Assembly: GCA_964016885.1 (NCBI GenBank)
Contig: OZ024746.1
Coordinates: 98,766,001 to 98,830,000 of the forward strand
Source of the DNA: Eledone cirrhosa
Lineage: Eukaryota
Direction of reading: 5' to 3'
DNA length: 64,000 bases
Part shown: in pieces, positions 56,675 to 64,000 of the stretch
Layout: the number at the start of each line of letters is the position of its first letter
Numbering within the stretch: the first letter of the stretch is position 1
Made by a program: the position numbers and the translations under genes
The notes under the pieces: model-generated
The model's input: only the letters and a program-made list of their open reading frames with translations
Told to the model about the DNA's origin: nothing
The model's database searches: none

Positions 56675-56762
56675 TCCTCTTGATAAGTCGGCAGACCTCG
56701 CAAGGACTCTATATCTTTGATATATTGTTTTTGTTTATGCCACGAAACTACGTAGTCGAGGA
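56675..56762 (+). ncRNA. Type I hammerhead ribozyme, U3-A8 core variant
   Basis: TCCTC-TTGATAA-GT(C)GGCA...TGCCAC-GAAA-CTACGTAG-TC-GAGGA. Confidence 0.75.
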
Positions 56763-57265
56763 ATTTAGGAATAGTTTAGGTATGATACATTTTATTACTA
56801 ATTATATCTAAATGTTTCTTCTCTCTTCATAATGTATTTTTAACTCTGATACTGGTTCAGTCTGGTTCAAACTGAATTGGTCTGTCCCAGTCATTCATTG
56901 AGCAACATCGGTGAAGTTGGCACCCTTAACTCACAGTTGGGTGCGGATGCATTCATGTATATATGTGTGTGTCCGCATGTATCTGTGTGTTTCTAAATAT
57001 ATTAATAACTCCCTCTGGTCGAGCAATCTTTGAAGTGTGGGGACAACTGGAAAGCTTCCATTACTCATACTTCTCGCCTTCTTCACTACCTCTTCTACGG
57101 CCTCGATATGAATACCCCCTCCGCCTCCGTGGTATTTTCTTCGTGGTTATAAGAGGCTTAGCTCTGTTTCTCGACCGTTATATCGCGTGACTATCTCCCC
57201 CTCCGCCTTTTGGGATTCTTTCTCACGTCGTGTAGACGCGTTCTTGAGACTAGTAAAATGAGGTA

Positions 57266-57353
57266 TCCTCTTGATAAGTCGGCAGACCTCGCAAGGACTC
57301 TATATCTTTGATATATTGTTTTTGTTTATGCCACGAAACTACGTAGTCGAGGA
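57266..57353 (+). ncRNA. Type I hammerhead ribozyme, U3-A8 core variant (direct copy)
   Basis: Same motif as 56675-56762. Confidence 0.75.
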
Positions 57354-57604
57354 ATTTAGGAACAGTTTAGGTATGATACATTTTATTACTAATTATATCT
57401 AAATGTTTCTTCTCTCTTCATAATGTATTTTTAACTCTGATACTGGTTCAGTCTGGTTCAAACTGAATTGGTCTGTCCCAGTCATTCATTGAGCAACATC
57501 GGTGAAGTTGGCACCCTTAACTCACAGTTGGGTGCGGATGCATTCATGTATATATGTGTGTCCGCATGTATCTGTGTGTTTCTAAATATATATATATATA
57601 TATA

Positions 57605-58358
57605 TATATTTATTAATATAACAGATTAAAGTTTAAGCAAAGAATCGCTGCTTTCACCCTTAACGGGATCTTCTGAAACTAACAAAGTCAATCTGTAAAC
57701 GCAGAACTGGATATTTCAAAAAACGTTGCAACCGGAGGAAGACAGGAAGACGATACTTTGGTTCATGGTGACGTTCGCTGGCAAAGAACGGGAAAAAACG
57801 AATAATACGTCATTAATAGGAGCGGTGAAAAACAATTACGCGCAAAGACAGAACCACGTTTATGGTATAAAAGAGGTCGTAGATTAATGTTCTCTAAGGG
57901 GTGCATAGAGACATTCTCTGGTAATGAACGAAAAAACGAAGATAATAAGTCATATGTGGAGCGTGGAGAACAATAGCACGCAAAGACAAAACCACGTAAA
58001 TGGTATAGCGGAAGTTGTAGACTAAAATTCTAACTAGGAGACCGAATGAATCTCCGCTCCTATTATTAATGACGTATTATTCGTTTTTTCCCGTTCTTTG
58101 CCAGCGAACGTCACCATGAACCAAAGTATCGTCTTCCTGTCTTCCTCCGGTTGCAACGTTTTTTGAAATATCCAGTTCTGCGTTTACAGATTGACTTTGT
58201 TAGTTTCAGAAGATCCCGTTAAGGGTGAAAGCAGCGATTCTTTGCTTAAACTTTAATCTGTTATATTAATAAATATTTGCTCTTCGGTTCTTATATATTT
58301 GATATATATTTTCCTTATCGAGCCCTCTTTGGATTTTAGTCTTCAATTTTATTATTAT

Positions 58359-58361
<3 letters not shown>
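57605..58361. mobile_element. Penelope-like inverted pseudo-LTR pair with spacer and 3-prime tail
   Basis: Arms about 57605-57825 and 58054-58277, about 230-bp spacer, about 85-nt tail ending at (TA)n; hammerhead-like fold in the arms. Confidence 0.65.
58202..58252 (+). ncRNA. Degenerate type I hammerhead fold (core CAGAAGA)
   Basis: Stem I AGTTT/AAACT, stem II CCC/GGG, GAAA, helix III AGCA/TGCT, CTT triplet; U4-to-A change in both arms. Confidence 0.5.
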
Positions 58362-58435
<74 letters not shown>

Positions 58436-58438
<3 letters not shown>

Positions 58439-59843
58439 AGGTGCATTATTGGTTGTGTAAAATGGTCCAATAAGTTTATGTTACCAATATTAGGTTCTCC
58501 ACGCTTTTGTATATCTCCAATTCCATTCAGGGGAACAGCTAGATGATGTAAAACGGAGTATAAGTATCAAAATGAAAATCCGAAGGCAAGGTAAAATTCC
58601 AATCATTTAATCACGACACATGTTTCAACAAGAGATAGATCGATTGTGAATCCATGATCGATTATCACTGATCTCATCAGGTGAAAATGAATTGTCTTCA
58701 AATTCTTGATATGAGGGAGAAAAATAACGATGTTCTCTCACAGAATTCGTTCCCTCATATGGAGACACACCAGTCAGTCAGAGACATGGCGACTGCTATT
58801 AGCTTCAGTTGAGGTCATAAAAGTTTTCAGATTTCTATCGCTGCAAAAGTCGCTGGACATCAATCAAATCCGTAGGGATACAGTCAGTCACAGTTAAAAG
58901 TGAGTGGGTTAACACACACTCCACACCCGTATACATCGGCTCGAGGTCAAAGAAAAATATATACATATATATACACACATCAACACAGTATTAAACCCGT
59001 AGAATTGGCGTGGGTGGGTACACACACACTTTCACACACACCGGAGCGATGTCCGAGAAAAAAACAAATATAAGAATGTACCAACACAGCACTCACCGAA
59101 AGTTAGTTCACAAAGCAACAGAAGCTATGTCGGTCAAATCTCAATTTGACGATGTAAATTGGAAATATTGGGTTAACCCCCCACGCGCGCGCAAGTAAGT
59201 TCAGTTCAGTGTTCTGCTATACGTGTAAAGATTGAATTGTAACATCCATATCTTCAAGTGTATGTTATGTTATGGTATATACACATCCGAATCGTCTAAA
59301 AAAGGGTATGTCCGGGTATATACACACCCATGTGAAGAGCAAGCAATCAGCTCATGTCGAACTCCTTGTGTACTGCTGTCCCGTTGAGAATCCGTGACAC
59401 CAAATCCGTTCGTGCAAGCAACTGCAATGTAGGCCGGCAAAGGGCTCCGTGTAGGGTTGGGTATTGGGTAAATGTGTCTGCAAGTGCGATTTCCCATCAT
59501 ATGGGCCAATGAGCTTTTAAGATAGTTGTTTGAGTGGTGGAGGTGTGTTATCCAACACAGAAGGTGAAGTAAGAAAACACAGGACAGTAAAATCCAAAGG
59601 ATGTGTGTAGGCCCATTAATGGTGTGTCAGTAGTATTGTTCAATCCGTAACAGTGGGTCCTCCATGGTTAGATGATCACGCATCAAAACCTGGTGTAGTG
59701 TTCAGTCGGTAGGAACGTGACAGTCGTAATTGTGGGAGCTCAATGTCTAAAGGAAACGGGTACTGTGTGTAGAGTTATGTATAGAGAGCGTAATATATAA
59801 ATGAAAGGTATAGAAAATATTGTAGCAAAAAGCCAACAGTATT

Positions 59844-59846
<3 letters not shown>
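58436..59846. mobile_element. Decayed Penelope-like element fragment between (TA)n tracts
   Basis: Hammerhead at one end; GC-richer interior with broken ORFs that only weakly suggest RT/GIY-YIG remnants. Confidence 0.4.
58611..58684 (-). ncRNA. Minimal type I hammerhead ribozyme with canonical core
   Basis: TCAC-CTGATGA-stem II-GAAA-CATGTG-TC-GTGA; followed by an about 170-nt tail ending in (TA)n. Confidence 0.7.
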
Positions 59847-59914
<68 letters not shown>

Positions 59915-60511
59915 TTGTGGCTGCCAACTCGTTTTCGAGTACGGCCACTACTTTATATCCATGTAGGAGAACCCCTACCGATGCGCTGAACGAGTGTGAC
60001 TTTTTAGTCCAGCCAGCGACGTGAAAACTCTGGTACAAACACTACACTTGTGACAATTATTGACACATAGTGCTGGGCCCATGGTACCATGTGACGACAA
60101 GTGCAGAGAGATCTCCAGATATAAAGCAATGCTTGTGTCGTGAAGCTTTTATAGTGAGCAAAGGCACTGCACAAAGCCAGTCCCACTCTCTTAACCAAGA
60201 TGATATTTACCAAAAAGAAGAACAAGTCAACATCATTGGATACCATCAGAGTTGCAGGTGTTATATCAGAGTTTTCCTTCTCCTAGAATTCTGCCTTGAC
60301 AAAGGCTAAGGGGTCATCTCTCCCGGTGATTTTGGATGGCCATTGACTCTTAAGAGCTTCTTTGCCCTTTGGCAGGTTTTGTTTTTAGTCCTGCAGAGTG
60401 TCCAAAGTCATCCCCCTCATCAAGAAACCTTGGTGGGGTTGCCAGTTTAGTCGCCAACGATCCGACCATGAGACAGGTTGTACTGGGATACTTGTTACCA
60501 GTAGCACCAAC

Positions 60512-60734
<223 letters not shown>

Positions 60735-60913
60735 AGAAAACGAAAAATCAGTGATGCATCTGAACTCAATTTATTGTGTTACAATTGTTTCCCCGGTGGA
60801 CAGCTCGAGACGCGATCATTGTGTGGATCTGTCTGCTTCTGGACCCGCTGGTTCGACGGACTCGTCTAATGATTTCAGACCATATTCTCTCATATATATA
60901 TAGCAGAGTATAA

Positions 60914-61044
60914 ATATTTGATATAGAAATGGCTTCTACAGGAGTAGAACTGTTTCATTCGGGAGAAATCATCAGGGCTTTCCTGGTGATTTCTTCCAAA
61001 TGAAACAGTTCTAGTCCTGTAGAAGCCATTTCTATATTAAATAT
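60914..61044. repeat. 63-bp-arm fold-back with hammerhead core motifs in both arms
   Basis: Arms 60914-60976 and 60982-61044, 5-nt loop; CTGATGA..GAAAC on minus, CTGGTGA..GAAAC..GTC on plus; stem I missing. Confidence 0.6.
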
Positions 61045-61177
61045 ATATATATTTAGATATTTAGATATATAATCAGAAATATATGGAGGAGAAAGCAAGA
61101 CTTTTAAAAACAAAATTTAATAGACCCTTCTCCTCTATTCTTATGATATATGTCTCTTATTTTGATATACATATATT

Positions 61178-61259
<82 letters not shown>

Positions 61260-62036
61260 CTTGGTTGTAATAATTATGGACAGATTTCAAACATGTGATT
61301 CTTATTCTGAAAGCATTATGGAGTTTGTTCAGTAGATTTAGCAGCTACATTGAACAATGCAGTAACATAAAAGATTTATTTGCTGTTATCATGAGGATAA
61401 TGTTGATATTTTAGAGAGAGAATAGGAATATTTTCCAAAGAAAAATATACAATTTCACTCTCAAGTACGTATACATTTGTAATAAATTAGTTTCACTTAA
61501 TATTTTGTATTCTCTCATCTGCAAAGCTTGTTTGCAATGTTTTCAACATGTTTGTTCATCATCATCATCATCATCATTTTACGTCCGCTTTTCCCTGCTT
61601 GCAAGGGTGGGACGGGTCCTATTCAGCACAGCATCTCTCCATTCGTCATGGTCCTTCATCATCTCCTCCGTGAGCTTCAACAATCTGAGGTCAGCCCTCG
61701 CCACCTCCGCCCATGATTTTCGTGGTCTTCCTCTACAGCATCTTCCTTCCACTGGGATTTATTGCCACTTCTTTACCCAGCGATCATCCTCCATGCACAT
61801 CACATGTCCATACCAATGCAGTCTTCTCTCCCACACACTACAACTTATCCCTCTTATACACAGTTTCTCTCTCAACTCATCTATGTTTGTTATATATATA
61901 AATTTTATTCAATAAGCTGATATGTGTTTCACTCTCAAGTACGTATACATTTGTAATAAATTAGTTTCACTTAATATTTTGTATTCTATTATTTGCGAAG
62001 CTTGTTTTGCAATGTTTCCAACATGTTTGTTATCCA

Positions 62037-62204
62037 CCGTATTTCCCGGCGTCGAAGACGCTACTTTTCCCTAAAATAAGTCTCAAAAATCTACCATGCG
62101 TCCTGGAGGCTGAAGGTTGTTTATTATTTTTTTTCCAAATTTTTGGTTGTCAAAATTAGGATGCGTCCTCGAGGACGGAGCGTCTTCGGTGCCGGGAAAT
62201 ACGG
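62037..62204. mobile_element. pogo/Tigger-type MITE
   Basis: TIR ccgtatttcccggcgtcgaagacgct / agcgtcttcggtgccgggaaatacgg followed by TA. Confidence 0.75.
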
Positions 62205-62254
62205 TACTTAAATGTTATTCCACATGCTGATGCGCATGTGTATATATATATATC

Positions 62255-62309
<55 letters not shown>

Positions 62310-63294
62310 ATATGCATACATTTATATGTATGAGCATATAAATATAAATGTGCAAACACAGACACACTTACAAAAATGTACACTCAGACATACATTCACA
62401 CAAACACACACACACATGCACACAAACGCATACATACATTCACACAAACACACACATTCACACAAAGACACATACATTCACACAAACATTCACACAAACA
62501 CTCACATACATTCACACAAACACACACATTCATTCACACAAACACTGACATACATTCACACAAACACACATAAAGTCACACAAACACACACATACATTCA
62601 CACAAACACATACATACATACACAGCATAACAAATAGAACGTCAGCTGCTATTTTGCTATAGGTTTTTCACCACCCCTTCCTACCTTGTACACACATACA
62701 CTCACACAGGCAGCAGACGTAAAGAGAGAGGAGTAGTATGAGGTAGTCAAACTACTCCTCTCTCTTTACGTGTTGTGACAGAATCGCAGAAATTTATATA
62801 TTGATACAATCTGTTTGCTTTTTATGCGAACTTGAAGTAAACGAATTTGCTTTAACACGTCTTGAAAAAATATTATCAAATATTTAGTTTACATGAATAA
62901 TTGTTTCTACGTTTGGCACAAGGCCAGCAATTACCCAGTGCATTACTGGTACTTTATTTTATCGACCCCGTAAGGATGAAAGGCAAAGTTAACCTCGGCG
63001 GGATTTGAACTCAGAATGGCAAAGACTGTAACTCTATACGTCAAAGCATGGCGTCCGACCCTCTACCAATTCTGCCAATCCACCGCCCTCCGTTTACATG
63101 AATAATGCACTATCGTGTGTGCAATTTTTAATTTTTTTTATTTATCAGAAATTTAGACTTAAATTACGTGAATTTGCTTTATGCGGCACATTCACAAACG
63201 CATTTTCGCGTAAAAAGCGAACAGACTTTACTTAAATTTATTTAAATATTTATTTTTATAGTTGTTTACATTCTACAACAATACCAAACAGATT

Positions 63295-63455
63295 CAGGCA
63301 TGTCTGAGTGGTTAAGGAGTTCACTTAACAACCAGTTGGTTCTGGGTTCAATCATGCTGCATGGCACCTTGGGCTAGTATCTTCTACTATAACCTCAGGT
63401 TGACCTATGTCCTGTGAGTGGACTTTAGTAGATGACAACTATAGAAGACTCCGGT
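63295..63455 (+). mobile_element. 5-prime head of a further tRNA-derived SINE family
   Basis: tgagtggttaag A-box, gggttcaatc B-box, then ggcaccttgggctagtatcttctactata; ends in (TA)n. Confidence 0.6.
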
Positions 63456-63479
63456 GTGTATATATATATATATATATTT

Positions 63480-64000
63480 ATAGGTACATTGACTATTTGC
63501 AACACAAACTTCCAGAAACCTGCCAATCACCTAATAACCTATAAATCTGGTGGGCACATAAGCCAGATTGACTTCTTACTAGTTAGGCAGCGGGACAGGC
63601 AGATAGTGTCTAATACCAAATTTAGGAAAGCCCTTCAAGATGTATATGACGAAAAAGAAGACAATTTAGAGACGTATGACATAAATAATAACTGGAATTT
63701 CTTACGTGACAACTTGCTGCAGGCTACTGATGAAACTTGTGGCTGAGAGTGACCTGGTGGTGGAACAGCACAGTAGATAAGGCCATTAGAGACAAAAGAC
63801 TAGCATGGAAGGCTTGGAAAAAAGGGTGGGAGTAGGGAAGAATATACAGCCACTAAGAGAGAAGCTAGACGTCAGGTGTACTTAGCACGCAGGGAGGCGG
63901 AGAGTAGGAGGTTTGCCAATGTTCTGCGACGGGAAGATCAGAGGCGTGCGGTGTTCCACATTGCAAGGCAGTGTGTCAATGCAAATCAGGATGTTGTTGG
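63480..64000 (+). mobile_element. RTE LINE fragment running off the window end
   Basis: ICNTNFQKPANHLITYKSG..SQIDFLLVR and VTWWWNS..AWKAWK, same family as 20490-23665. Confidence 0.85.

Larger units (their letters stand above)
56308..57592. mobile_element. Penelope-like pseudo-LTR array: one inverted copy plus two direct copies (period 591 bp)
   Basis: 56308-56605 is the reverse complement of parts of 56606-56836 and 57130-57427; 56606-57002 repeats at 57197-57592; flanked by (TA)n. Confidence 0.75.

Noticed and set aside
55788-58277. Palindromes as pure sequencing or assembly fold-back artefacts
   Set aside because: Arms differ by substitutions and small indels, have asymmetric tails and coincide with hammerhead folds; not fully excluded without reads
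59010-59509. Confident GIY-YIG/RT protein call for short ORFs
   Set aside because: Only vague motif resemblance and on conflicting strands; needs a profile search
62739-62747. let-7-like TGAGGTAGT
   Set aside because: Only 9 nt match, and it lies in the hairpin loop rather than an arm

Overview
AT-rich, repeat-dense eukaryotic genomic DNA. The SINE, RTE and microsatellite content looks like an octopod cephalopod; that is inference from recalled repeat families, not a search. About 4.2-51.5 kb is one multi-exon gene on the minus strand encoding condensin II subunit H2 (NCAPH2/CAP-H2). I reconstructed 18 coding exons by hand, all GT-AG and phase-consistent, totalling 1818 nt (605 aa plus stop). 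A CCAAT/E2F-type promoter at about 51.5-51.75 kb may be bidirectional, since an ATG|GTGAGT micro-exon lies on the + strand. Introns are filled with tRNA-derived SINEs, RTE/CR1/CRE/Tx1 LINE fragments, and piggyBac-, hAT-, Tc1/mariner- and pogo-type MITEs, several of which have seeded minisatellites. The most unusual region is 55.6-61.05 kb. There, (TA)n tracts separate at least five unrelated elements, four of them with inverted repeats or palindromes. Each carries a type I hammerhead ribozyme fold or core, one with a U3-A8 covariant core in three copies. This fits Penelope-like pseudo-LTR or retrozyme-like insertions targeting (TA)n. Coordinates were read by eye; repeat boundaries are approximate.
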